From positions 72,946 through 136,945 of the IMG/VR virus record IMGVR_UViG_3300032038_000010: 64,000 nucleotides of DNA, one strand, 5' to 3'. Origin of the DNA: a virus. Its lineage: Duplodnaviria; Caudoviricetes. Position 1 is the stretch's first letter. Every line of letters starts with the position of its first letter. Positions 31,801 to 43,066 of this stretch are shown here, in pieces. Below the pieces are notes generated by a model. It saw only the letters and a list, made by a program, of their open reading frames with translations. It had not been told where the DNA came from and did not search any database. The position numbers and the translations under genes were made by a program.

Positions 31801-33842
31801 TTCAAACAATTAAGTTCTTACAGGAATATGGAGAAATTGAAAAAGATTTATCATTAAGAGAGATATATGATAAATATTTTCATCCAAATGTAATTCCTAT
31901 TGATGATAAGCAGACATGGGAAAATATTAAGAATGGAACAATATTAAATATTTTCCAGTTTGACAGTGAAGTTGGTAGCCAAGCCGCAAAGAAAATTCAA
32001 CCTAGCACAATTTTGGAGTTGGCAGATGCTAATGGTCTTATGCGTCTTATGACATCTGAAAAGGGCGCAGAAACTCCTATGGAAAAATATATAAGATTTA
32101 AAAATAATCTTGATTTGTGGTATAGAGAAATGAATAATGCAGGACTCACAAAAGAAGAACAAAAAGTCCTTGAACCATACTTTAAAAAATCTTATGGAGT
32201 GCCGCCTTCACAAGAGCAATTAATGATGATGTTAATGGATAAAGATATTTGTAATTTTAGTCTTAAAGACGCAAATGCGGCAAGAAAAATTGTCGGGAAG
32301 AAACAAATGTCTAAAATCCCAGCTCTAAAAGAACAAGTATTAGCGCAAGCATCTTCTCCAGCATTAGGACAATATGTATGGAAATGTGGAATCGGCCCTC
32401 AGATGGGTTATTCATTTAGTATTATTCACGCTCTTGCCTATTCATTTATAGGCTATCAGACCGCGTATATTGCAACAAGATGGAATCCAATTTATTGGGA
32501 TACTGCATGCCTTATTGTTAATAGCGGCAGCCTTGAAAATGATGATATGGAATATGAAGAAGATGAAGATGGTGACATCATTGGAGCAGCTAAGAAAAAA
32601 GAGTCTGCAACTGATTATTCAAAATTAGCAAAAGCATTAGGTGAAATTATTGGTGCTGGTATCAATGTTAGTTTGATTGATATTAATAAATCTTCATATG
32701 GATTTGAACCTGATATTGACAATAATCAAATTTTGTTTGGTATGAAGGCATTAAGTAATATTGGAGCGCCAATTATTGAAAAGATTATTGAAAATAGACC
32801 ATATAATAATTTCAAAGAATTTTTAAGAAAATGCCCATTAAATAAAACTGCAATAATTAGTTTGATTAAAAGTGGGGCATTTGACAAACTTGAAGATAGT
32901 GTTGCTCAAAAGATGAATATTGAGCCACGGAAATTAATTATGGCATATTATTTATCTATTGCGAGTGAACCAAAAGCTAAATTAACATTACAGAATTTTA
33001 ATGGATTAATTGAAAAAGGTTTAATTCCAAAAGAATTAGATTTTGAAAAAAATACTTTTATTCTTAACAAGATTTTGAAAAAGAATAAAATAAAAGAGTA
33101 TTATAATGTAACTCCAGCAAATATTGATATTAATAAATTAATTGAATACTTTGGAGATATATTTGAAGTAATCAATAATCAATATTTAGTAAATCAAAAA
33201 ACTTGGGATAAAGTATATAAAAATGTGATGGACAAAGCTAGAGATTGGCTTAAACAAAATCAAAACGAAGTATTAAATCAATATAATACAATTTTGTTTA
33301 AAGAAACATGGAATAAATATGCTTCTGGTACAATTTCAGCATGGGAAATGGAAGCATTATGTTTTTATTATCATGACCATGAACTACAAAATATTGATAC
33401 TGCTAAATATGGAGTTATAGATTTTAGTAACTTATCAACTAATCCTGTGATAGATAGAACTTTCAAAAGAAATGGAAAAGAAATTCCGTTGTATAAATTA
33501 ACTAGAATTGCAGGAACAGTAATTAGTAAAAATGATGCAAGACATTCTGTAGCTTTATTGACAACATCAGGAGTGGTAAATGTAAAATTTACAAAAGACT
33601 ATTATGCACTTTATGGGCGGCAGCTTAGTCAAGTACAACCTGATGGAACTAAAAAAGTTATGGAAAAAGGTTGGTTTGTTCGTGGAACTAAATTATTAAT
33701 AACAGGATACCGCCGCGATGATACATTTGTATCAAAAAATTACAAATCTAACGGTGGGCATCAGTTATATAAAATTCTTAACGTCGAAGGTAAAAATATA
33801 ATAATTACGCATAACAGATGGGGACAAACAGATAATGACTAA
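28846..33842 (+). CDS. dnaE: DNA polymerase III alpha (DnaE-type); N-terminus interrupted by an 8-nt insert; spliced (exon 1 to 30165, exon 2 from 31198)
   Basis: PHP motif HSHTEYS/NIRLLD, TDHE, GAGRGSS; splicing gives FWR-Y-LNKDR..GDIDID; HASG, KYDFL, YSF..HALAY. Start is probably ATA 28846 after AAGGAGGTG, or ATG 28864. Confidence 0.9.
30166..31197 (+). mobile_element. Group I intron in Pol III alpha gene
   Basis: P1 GGAGAU/GUCUCC with U-G at the splice site; GACTATC and AAGATATAGTC; terminal TAACACG. Confidence 0.92.
30509..31153 (+). CDS. Intron-encoded GIY-YIG homing endonuclease
   Basis: LIYKITN...CYIGQT...RW..H...GYN.T.GG. Confidence 0.9.
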   Translation: MLIYKITNKINGKCYIGQTIKSAEQRWKKHQSHAFGTHPNDINKTLYQAIRKYGLENFTFEVVQDNIETFEQLDKAEIYWIDYYNSFVKGYNETFGGQQYHQILPNKEIIQDYYKTRSARKTALNFGIDHSTVDDILNQNNIPRFTFRQAAGQRIKISKDGFEKEFDSVKDCAEWFVNNKICKTDKVESARAGLKTARSEKGNGFYYGYFIENI

Positions 33843-34146
33843 TAACGTAAATCATCCTTCACATTATGAAGGTAACACTTCTATTGAATGTATTGATGCT
33901 ATGCGGCTTGGTCTTGGCGACCAAGCTGTATATGATTTTTGTTTATGCAACGCATTTAAATATATGTGGCGATACAAAAATAAGAACGGAGCTGAAGATT
34001 TAGATAAGGCTGAATGGTATATTAAAGAAGCCAAGAAAATCAATATTGACTTATTTAATCAGCCGCTTTTTTCACAGTCTGATAAGCAGCTTGGCTCTTT
34101 CACTAGCGTATTGACAGAGATTCGAAACAAGGACAAAAATAATTAA
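33835..34146 (+). CDS. DUF3310 (T7 gp1.7-like nucleotide kinase) protein
   Basis: VNHPSHY, IECID, NAFKY.WR...KNG.EDL.KA.WY. Confidence 0.85.
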   Translation: MTNNVNHPSHYEGNTSIECIDAMRLGLGDQAVYDFCLCNAFKYMWRYKNKNGAEDLDKAEWYIKEAKKINIDLFNQPLFSQSDKQLGSFTSVLTEIRNKDKNN

Positions 34147-34227
34147 TCTACTATATATGCTTTTCATATATAATAAGATTCCCATAGGAATCCAGAATTA
34201 ACATAATAATACTTAGGAGGATTCATA

Positions 34228-37200
34228 ATGTTGAATATTCAAAAAAGAGATGGGCGTATTGTCCCATTCGATCATTTTAAAATTGTAGATGCAGTATTAA
34301 AAGCTTTCCAGCAAGTAGACGGTGAACTCACTGATTATGCTTATGAAAAAGCTGGTAATATTGCTGATTATATTAAAGAATACGCAGAAGAAGCAAAACA
34401 TCCGCTTACAGTAGAAGAAATTCAAGACCTTGTTGAAAACGGCTTGATGGCTACAAAGCGCAAAGATGTTGCAAAAACATATATTAAATATAGAGAAAAT
34501 CGTACTCATGTAAGAGAAGGCAAAGCAGATTGGATGCAATTAGTTGCAGAAAAAGTAAAAGCAGCTAATGTTCAAAATCAAAATGCTAATGTAGATGAAC
34601 ATTCATTTGGCGGCCGCAAGGGCGAAGCTGATTCTGTACTGATGCGAAAAATTGCTCTTGACTATATTATGTCCGATTTAGCAAAGAATAATCATCTTAA
34701 TAATGAAATTTATACTCATGATTTGGATAGCTATGCAGTGGGTATGCATAATTGTTTAACTATTCCTTTTGATGATTTACTTGCTAATGGGTTTAACACA
34801 AGACAAACTGATGTTCGACCTGCAAGTAGCATAAATACTGCTTTCCAGTTAGTAGCAGTTATTTTCCAGCTTCAGTCACTGCAGCAATTTGGTGGTGTGA
34901 GCGCATCTCATATTGATTGGACAATGGTTCCTTATGTGAGAAAATCTTTTTATAAACACTGGAAAGATGGATGTAAATATATTTTAAAAATTGATGTTTC
35001 TAAATATGATGGTATTATTACAAATGATATGTCTATTACTGACGGATCATATAAAACTTTTGCAGGCGCTTATGATTATGCGATGGACATGACTATAAAA
35101 GAAACATACCAAGCAGTAGAAGGAATGTATCATAACCTTAAATAATTAGGGCGACTTAATAGTAATATTAAGAACTTAGCTATCTAAACGGGGAAACTCT
35201 TAAGGCAAAAGACAATCCCGTGCTAAATTTGTATCATCAAATAAAAAAGAAAGGAGGTATATAATGTATATAGTATATCAACATAAAAATAAAATAAATG
35301 GAAAAGTTTATATTGGTATAACAATGCAAGACCCAGAACGAAGATGGCGTCATGGAGAAGGTTATAAATCAAGTCCACATTTCTATGCAGCTATTCAAAA
35401 ATATGGATGGGATAATTTTGAACATAATATATTATTTGAGAATTTAACTAAAGAAGAAGCTTGTCAAAAAGAACAAGAATTAATTACAGAATTTAATTCT
35501 ATAAATAGAAAATATGGATATAACTCTACATCTGGTGGAGATGTATTCACTATGAACGATGAAACTAAACAAAAAATTTCTCAAGCAATGATGGGAAATA
35601 AAAATGGTTTAGGACATCCTTGCTCAGAAGAAAAAAAGAAAAAAATTAGTGAAGCTCAAAAAGGGAAAAAATTAACAGAAGAACATAAACAAAAACTTTC
35701 TGAAGCGGCTAAAAAACGACATACACCTTGTTCTGAAAAAGCTAAAGAAAATATACGAAAAGCTTCTCATAAAAAACCTGTTTATTGTGAAGAATTAAAT
35801 CAAGTTTTTGAATCAGTGCAAGAGTGTAGCCGACAATTAGGTATCCCTGCTACAAATATTTCAAAATTATGTAATGGAAGAGGTAAAACACTTAAAGGAT
35901 ACCATTTAAAATATTATGATGATACAATAAATGCCTAACGACTATCCCTATAAAACGGGGAGTAGAGTCAAGCGACTCGAAATGGTAGCCTCCTCTATTT
36001 AGAGGGCGAAGATATAGTCTAATCTTTATGGTGACATAAAGAAGTTCATAAGAGAACTGCATAAGATTAGCGACCTTATGTGAATATAAATGTAATACAT
36101 TACAAAGTAGAAGCGGTAATCAGCTGCCTTTTACTTCTATTAATTATGGTACTTGCACACTTCCTGAGGGTCGTCTTGTTATTAAAGCAATACTTGATAA
36201 ATCTATTGAAGGTGTTGGAAAACTTCATAAGACAGCTATTTTCCCTTGTGGAATATTCCAATGCATGACTGGAATAAACCGTAAACCAGAAGATCCTAAT
36301 TATGATTTATTTAAATTAGCACTTCGTTCTACATCACAAAGATTGTATCCTAACTATGTAAATGTAGACTGGTCAGTCAATGAAGGATATGACCGAGACG
36401 ATCCACGTACCTATGTTAGCACAATGGGATGTAGGACCTACAACGGAAGTGACATGAATGTGGACCCTGGAGTTAACTCACAGACAAAAGATGGAAGAGG
36501 CAATATTGCTCCTGTAACAATTATTATGCCTACTCTCGCGATGGAAGCAAAACAATATATACTTGACCATGATATTACTTATGTTGATGAACAACAACAT
36601 CAGCAAATTATCATTGATACTTTCATGGAAATTCTTGATAGAAAAATTCATGAAGCAAAAACAATCCTTGAAGAAAGATTTAATTGGATTTGCGCTCAAG
36701 ATCCATCTTCTGCAAAATTTATGTATGAAAATAAAACTATGCTTGGATATGATGGCAAAACAGTATTCAGTGCTATGAAACATGGAACATTAGCTCTTGG
36801 TCAATTAGGTCTTGCAGAAACGCTTCAAATTTTAATTGGTAAAAACCAAACAACAGATGAAGGAATGAAACTTGCTAAACAAATTGAATCTTTGTTTAAT
36901 AAGCGTTGTTTTGAATTTAAGCATGAATTACATCATACTGAACAATGGGGAGATTATTATCTCAATTATGGAGTATATTATACCCCTGCAGAAAACTTAT
37001 GCTATACTGCAATGAAAAAATTTAAAGATAAGTATGGTGTAATTGACAAGGTATCTGACAAAGACTTCTTTACCAATAGTATTCATGTACCAGTTTGGGA
37101 AAAAATTAGTCCTTTTGATAAAATTGATATTGAAGCACAATTAACTGGATACAGTAATGCAGGATGTATTACTTATGTTGAACTTGATAGTGGAACTAAA

Positions 37201-37485
37201 AATAATCTTGAAGCTCTTGAAACAATAGTAAATTATGCTATGGATAAAGACATTCCATATTTTGCTATTAATGTTCCTGCTGATACCTGCCTTGACTGCG
37301 GATACCAAGATGAAATTAATGATGAATGTCCTAAGTGCGGCAGCCACAATATTCAAAGACTTCGTAGAGTTACTGGATACTTAACTGGTGACTATAAAAC
37401 TGCATTTAATAAAGGCAAACAACAAGAAGTAGAATTAAGATATAAACATTCAAATAAATTAGCAAAGGATTTTTGGAAGAAATGA
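34228..37485 (+). CDS. nrdD: Anaerobic ribonucleoside-triphosphate reductase, spliced (exons 34228-35138 and 36093-37485)
   Basis: ATP cone, HNC, spliced YHNL|NTLQSRSGNQLPF, MGCR and RRVTGYL glycyl loop. Confidence 0.95.
35139..36092 (+). mobile_element. Group I intron in nrdD
   Basis: P1 CCU|UAA paired with UUAGGG (U-G at the junction); GACTATC and AAGATATAGTC; terminal G at 36092. Confidence 0.92.
35264..35938 (+). CDS. Intron-encoded GIY-YIG homing endonuclease with NUMOD3-like repeats
   Basis: IVYQH...VYIGIT; SEE.K.KISEA repeats. Confidence 0.9.
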   Translation: MYIVYQHKNKINGKVYIGITMQDPERRWRHGEGYKSSPHFYAAIQKYGWDNFEHNILFENLTKEEACQKEQELITEFNSINRKYGYNSTSGGDVFTMNDETKQKISQAMMGNKNGLGHPCSEEKKKKISEAQKGKKLTEEHKQKLSEAAKKRHTPCSEKAKENIRKASHKKPVYCEELNQVFESVQECSRQLGIPATNISKLCNGRGKTLKGYHLKYYDDTINA

Positions 37486-37958
37486 GACTTGCTGGATTAA
37501 ATAAAAATGATGTAGCCAATGGAGAGGGAATATGTGTTTCCCTCTTCGTTCAAGGCTGCCCGCATCATTGTAAAGGATGTTTTAATGAAGAAACCTGGAA
37601 CTTCAATGGCGGGATAGAGGCGCCACAAGATATAGATGATATTATATGTGATGCTATACAAGATAATGGAATACAGCGTAATTTTAGTCTTTTAGGTGGC
37701 GAACCGCTCGCGCCAGAAAATATTAAATTCTCTCGTCACATAATTAATATTGTAAGAGATAAATTTCCTAATATAAAAATTTTTGTTTGGACTGGATATG
37801 TTTTAAATGATTTAGTCTTAAATGAAGATTTGGTTAATATATTATCAAATATTGATATTTTAATAGACGGCCCCTTTAAACTAGAAGAACGTGATGTAAC
37901 ACTTAAATTAAGGGGCAGCCGCAATCAAAGAATATTACAAAGAGGAATTGATTTCTAA
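37482..37958 (+). CDS. nrdG: Anaerobic RNR activating enzyme (radical SAM)
   Basis: GCPHHCKGCFN, GGEPL, DGPF and RGSRNQR motifs. Confidence 0.95.
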   Translation: MRLAGLNKNDVANGEGICVSLFVQGCPHHCKGCFNEETWNFNGGIEAPQDIDDIICDAIQDNGIQRNFSLLGGEPLAPENIKFSRHIINIVRDKFPNIKIFVWTGYVLNDLVLNEDLVNILSNIDILIDGPFKLEERDVTLKLRGSRNQRILQRGIDF

Positions 37959-38023
37959 TCAACTTGATTTCTCTTAAAATTTTTGATATAATTAATTTAT
38001 AAAAGTAAGGAGAAATTAAGTGT

Positions 38024-38419
38024 ATGAATAAAGATACAAAAGTTATTGATATGGGAGCAACTGTTTATGATATAAATAAACAGCTTGTAAAAAAATTAAC
38101 TCCTCTTTCAGAATTAGAGCTGCCACAAAAGCAAAAGGCTCTTGAAGATTGGTTCAATATGCATTGTGATTGTTATGCTATGTTACTTTGTCATGAACAA
38201 AGAGATTATACTGTATTTCATATGTATGACAACCCGCCCGCTAATCCGAACCCCCCTGCTATTGCTGCAAAAGAGCTTATTGAGTGTCTTAAAAATAGAG
38301 GGGTAATTATTTCAATAGACCCAACTCAAGATGGAGCTTGGGAAATTTGGTTACAAATCGGAGATGAATCATATTGTTACTATTTGTTCCGATATGATGA
38401 TGCAGTAATAGAGTGCTAA
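38024..38419 (+). CDS. Hypothetical protein
   Basis: AAGGAG RBS; 131 aa. Confidence 0.75.
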   Translation: MNKDTKVIDMGATVYDINKQLVKKLTPLSELELPQKQKALEDWFNMHCDCYAMLLCHEQRDYTVFHMYDNPPANPNPPAIAAKELIECLKNRGVIISIDPTQDGAWEIWLQIGDESYCYYLFRYDDAVIEC

Positions 38420-38429
38420 AGGAGCAAAT

Positions 38430-38684
38430 ATGAGATTGTTTTTAAATATTAAGCCTTTTGCATTTACACAAAATGCTTATGTAATAGAAAATAATGAAAT
38501 TATAAAAGAAGAAACATTCAAATTAAAAGATATTAATAATTTCATTTTTTCTCATTCCAATCTTGAAGAAGTAGTTTTTGTAGGAGCTTCCAAGTTTGTC
38601 ACCAAATATGTTCACGAAGCAAAAGACTTTGAATCAACAAAATTTAATCATAATATAATTAAATATATAATTAAGGAGAAGTAA
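38430..38684 (+). CDS. Hypothetical protein
   Basis: AAGGAG RBS; within the operon. Confidence 0.7.
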   Translation: MRLFLNIKPFAFTQNAYVIENNEIIKEETFKLKDINNFIFSHSNLEEVVFVGASKFVTKYVHEAKDFESTKFNHNIIKYIIKEK

Positions 38685-38685
38685 A

Positions 38686-38931
38686 ATGGCATATCTAGTA
38701 AGAACAACAGAAGTGTATAGACTGGATTCTGAATCTTCTGCTAAAGCATTTATTGAAGAGCAAAAGAAAAATGGCTCTTATGAAATCGTTAAATATTCTA
38801 GCGAACTTCGCCAGACAAAAGTAAAAGGCGAAATTGCTGATGAATGGTATCGAGTTACTATTGTAAAATCATTTAATAATGAAAAAGAACCCACAGAAGA
38901 AATTACAGTACATTATGGAGATGAAGATTAA
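38686..38931 (+). CDS. Hypothetical protein
   Basis: AAGGAG RBS; within the operon. Confidence 0.7.
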   Translation: MAYLVRTTEVYRLDSESSAKAFIEEQKKNGSYEIVKYSSELRQTKVKGEIADEWYRVTIVKSFNNEKEPTEEITVHYGDED

Positions 38932-39362
38932 TGAATATTAAAGTATTAAACGATCTAGCAACAATTCCGACAAGAGGCAGTGAATATGCGGCGGGCCTCG
39001 ATCTGTATGCAGCAACGTCTGGACCTGTAGATATTGCACCGCACTCTACAGTAAAAGTAGGGACTGGTATTGCAGTAGAAATTCCAGAAGACAATTTTGG
39101 TGCTATATTCGCAAGATCTGGTCTTGCTACAAAACGTGGACTGCGTCCCGCAAATTGCGTAGGCGTGGTTGATAGTGACTACCGGGGCTAGGTAATTGTT
39201 GCACTCCACAATGATACTGATGAACTTATGACTATCGAAGCGAAAGAACGTATCGCGCAACTTGTAATTGTGCCTTATGTCGCTGTTGATGTAACACCTG
39301 TTGATGATTTAACTGATACACAGCGTGGTAATGGTGGTTTTGGTTCTACTGGGAGAATGTAA
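38931..39362 (+). CDS. dut: Trimeric dUTPase (recoded TAG at 39189)
   Basis: AGLDL, RSGLA and GVVDSDYRG* before the TAG; RIAQLV and [10 protein letters not shown] (motifs 4 and 5) after it. Confidence 0.95.
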
Positions 39363-39589
39363 TGAGAAAAGAAAAAACTATTACTTTGCATAATATTAAT
39401 GATATAACAACTTTTGTACGTTTAGCTACTCTTGTAGAAGAAGATATAGATGTACAAAGTGGGCGATATATTGTTGATGGAAAATCTATTATGGGGATTA
39501 TGTCAATTGATATTTCTAAACCGTGTAAAGTAACGTATCCAGAAGATGCTACTGCTTTTGAGGATTTTCTAATTCAATTTGAAATTTAA
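39362..39589 (+). CDS. HPr-like PTS phosphocarrier protein
   Basis: GRYIVDGKSIMGIMSID (Ser46 motif); 75 aa. Confidence 0.8.
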   Translation: MRKEKTITLHNINDITTFVRLATLVEEDIDVQSGRYIVDGKSIMGIMSIDISKPCKVTYPEDATAFEDFLIQFEI

Positions 39590-39591
39590 GT

Positions 39592-39620
39592 AAAAGAGAG
39601 GCGAAAGCCTCTCTTTTTTT
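39592..39620 (+). terminator. Intrinsic terminator
   Basis: AGAGAGGC-GAAA-GCCTCTCT followed by a T-run. Confidence 0.8.
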
Positions 39621-39825
39621 ATGCAATTTTAAATCAGTTGCCGTTCTGTAAGTAAAATTTTTCATTTTTAACCTTATCTTCATTAAGACAAAATTCGATA
39701 ATCTTTTTATCTAAAATTTTATATAATCATAGAACTAGTATTGACTTTTCAAAAATTTTATGTTATTCTAGAGTCAGAATAAAGAATACATAAGATTAAT
39801 CTATATGAAAGGATATAAATAGACT

Positions 39826-40320
39826 ATGATTATATTAGCATTAGATATTTCTACTCACAGTACTGGCATAGCTGTATTTGATGATACAAAATTAATACAT
39901 TATGAATGTGCAGTTGCATCTTCTACTAATACTTTTAATAGAATTGATAAAATTACAACACAAATTGAAAATGTTGTTGAAAAATATAAACCCACTAAAG
40001 TAGCTATAGAAGATCCATTACCAGCAGAGTCTGGCCATAATATGTCTACATATAAAAAACTTACCTGGGCGCAAGGCATTATTGGAGATATGTTAAATCA
40101 ACATAAACTGAATTTTGATAGGCTATATACTTCTTCAGAGTGGCGCTCTAAAGTAGGAATCGCAACAGGAAAAGGCCGCAAAAGAGAAAGCCTTAAACCA
40201 AAAGATATAGCAAAAGCTAAAGAACTATTTGGAGTAGAAGAAAATGATGATATTGCAGATGCGATTCTAATCGGTAAAGCATATGCAGACTAGGCTTGTA
40301 ATGAAATAAATTGGGAATAA
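39826..40320 (+). CDS. RuvC-like Holliday junction resolvase (TAG at 40291 probably read through)
   Basis: LALDIST.STG, IED, SEWR and DDIADAILIG motifs; next TAA at 40318-40320. Confidence 0.85.
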
Positions 40321-40375
40321 AAAGATGCGGGAGCCCGTCCAATGTATGGATATAACTGGCTCCCGCGATTTTTGT

Positions 40376-43066
40376 TTAACTAAAGAATAACATATCTCCA
40401 ATATTATGGCTATGTCTTTTTCTTTTTTTATCTTCCTCCTGCTTTATATAATATAGTCCATATATAAAAGCAGAGAATTTATCTTTAGGTATTCCTCTAT
40501 TACTTTGTTTCAGAATAATATTAACGCCTTCATTATCTTCAACAAGATTAAGCATTTGCTATTTTAATCTAGTTGTCAAATTGAACGGTACAAGATAAGT
40601 ATTTCGCTCATCTGAAGTCATCGTCTGTCCGCGCTTAGTCCCCATCAATTTAAGTTTAGCCTGCTGTTCATCAATTAAGAATTTAATCTTACCACTGCTC
40701 ATTTGAGTTTGTGCATAAGAATACGCTTCTGTATTAATAGGAGCATTAGCCTTCATTAAGAACATAGCGTCATTCTCAAAGTCTGGGCCTTTTGCTTTTT
40801 TATACTGATTAGCAACATCTTCATTAGTTCCGCCCTCAACCCCAAATGGAGGTAAATTATCTCCAGTCTCAGGATCAATTTGAGCTTTTGTCATAAAATC
40901 AATCAAACCGACACCAAGACCATTAGCATCAATAGATAATATTCTAGCATGATATTTATAATACAATTTCTTTAATTTAACTGCTTGTACTTCAAAGTCT
41001 TCTGCTTCATAAGTATATATATTAACTAATGATTTAAGCGCCGCCCCTTGCGGCTGAGGATAAACTTTAAATACACAAGCTTCTGTAGTACATCCGATAC
41101 GGCCTACATCAACCCCAATTACATAATAAGCATTTTTAGCATTGCGCGAACTGTACTCATATTCAGGCTGATTTAATGTTCTATGTTTATCAAACTTCTC
41201 TGCTGAATAAAAAGCATTTTCTGCATCACCAGACCAAATTGAACGATATTCTCGATCAAAAGAATCTTCATTATATGTACCTTGTAATTTTAATTGATCT
41301 ACAAAGTCTTCATCAAGAAGTCCTTCATTAACTGGTGTTTCATAAGTACCGCCAAGAATCATATATTTATCTGGTTCAATAACTGATTGAACAAAGATTT
41401 CAATTAGCTTGTCATAAGCAAAAGAGTTTTTCCAACCTGCGGTAGTAATATAAATTTGCGATTTATTAGGTAATTCAGTTCTATCTCTTGAACCGTCAGG
41501 TAAAAGTCTATCTACGTTAGTAGTAGGAATAAGAACTTCATTAAGAATATCTCCATCAATTAATACACATTCCTCAAGGAGAAGACTATTACGACGTTGG
41601 CCTCTAGAACTTTCTCTTGCTGCAAGAATGTCAATTTCTGAACCGTTTTTAAATACATAATGAACATCATCTTTTGTGTGCTTAGTTTTACCACGTTCCC
41701 AGTTAATTTCATTGGCAAGAGGTGGAATCAGCCGACAAATTTCATCTATCTTAGCGATGGTAATGGAGGCAGCCTGTTCTTTCAGGATTGTTATCATAAG
41801 GCTTTTTATCCTTATTTCTTATACTTGTTATTCGTATAAGCTCAGCATATCTTTTCATCTACGACTTTACGTTTAGATGTCGCGGCCTCGTGGAGGGATT
41901 ATACTTGTCAATCTCACCCTCTATGCGTTGCCCCTGACTCCTTATCTGCTAAAGAAGCCTTCGGTTCGGATTAGCATTTCAGCTTTCCCGCTTAATTCCG
42001 CGATTTAAAGGTTTTATATATTAAATTTCTTTAATATTGGGCAAATTAATATTTTTATGATATTGACTACCATTAGTAATAAAGTCTTGATAATGTTCAT
42101 ATTTTCTATCTAAATAAATATTACTATCTTTATATAAATAAGTAAGAAAATTATAAACATCTATTAGACTACTAAAAACATATCTTTTTGCTCCGTCTTC
42201 TCTATGGCAAATAAAAATTTTATTATTTTTATTAATATCTAAATCTAGGGCATTTAAACTGCCTTTAATAAAGTCTTCTGTTCCAATCCATCCAACTTGA
42301 AAACAACTAGACGTATTAGTAAACCATCCATCTCCATCAAAATATCCTCTTAAAAAATGTCTCGTTAATTCAGAAGGAACTTGTTCCTAAGTCGGATATT
42401 TTAAAATTAATGATTTTTTAGGAACACAGCCTTTATTAATTAAATCTTGTTTACATTTATCACTTCTAAAACTCATTCGATATGATTTAGAAGATTCTCT
42501 ATACCCAATTTTATTAGATATTCCCATAAAATTTCTAAATTTTTCAATTTGATGTAAATCTTTTTCTGCTAATCCCAATTCGATTTTATCTTCTTTAGAA
42601 CCAACAGAACCATCTGCGTAAAGAAAACCAAGCCAATATGCTTTTTCTTCTGTGTCAATATGCTCAAATTGTGTAAGGACGTTTTTTGTACTCATTTCGT
42701 ACTCCTCCTGTAAAAATATTAAATAAAAAGTTTACCCCCTGTACTAATCGCGGCGTGCTACCCTGGGTAGAACACTGCTCTTAGCATCAAGCCCATCATT
42801 GATAAGAAAGATTTAGAGAAAGCACGAGGGAAAGTAGCATACACAAAGCGATGCCGCATGATCACTCTTAAATAAACTCTTTGATAATAGAAGAATTTAA
42901 AAGTTGAATCTTCGCCTTTTATTTGATCAACAAATATATCTGGATAAGCTCGATAAAAAGAAATCAAATTCCGCATTTCAGGAAGAATTGCTCTAATTCT
43001 ATCTTCAGTTACGTCTTGCTGGACAATCTTATCATCAGATAGAGACAATAAATTAGCTAGACTCAT
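40376..43066 (-). CDS. terL: Terminase large subunit, spliced (exons 43066-42734 and 41782-40376; recoded TAG at 42758 and 40559)
   Basis: FPRAFSKSF (Walker A region), spliced TGG|KEQA, RGQRR, LEE, DREY, GVDVGR, IDANGLG; KDKFSA nuclease motif lies after the TAG. Confidence 0.9.
41783..42733 (-). mobile_element. Group I intron in terminase gene
   Basis: Exon ends GGGGGU; intron ends ...AAUCCUG; core elements including AAGATATGCT lie at about 41800-42000. Confidence 0.88.
42021..42695 (-). CDS. Intron-encoded double-motif LAGLIDADG homing endonuclease (recoded TAG at 42387)
   Basis: YWLGFLYADG and FLRGYFDGDG motifs on either side of the TAG; YL.RK tail. Confidence 0.9.

Noticed and set aside
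36080-36268. 62-aa track ORF
   Set aside because: Wrong frame of nrdD exon 2.
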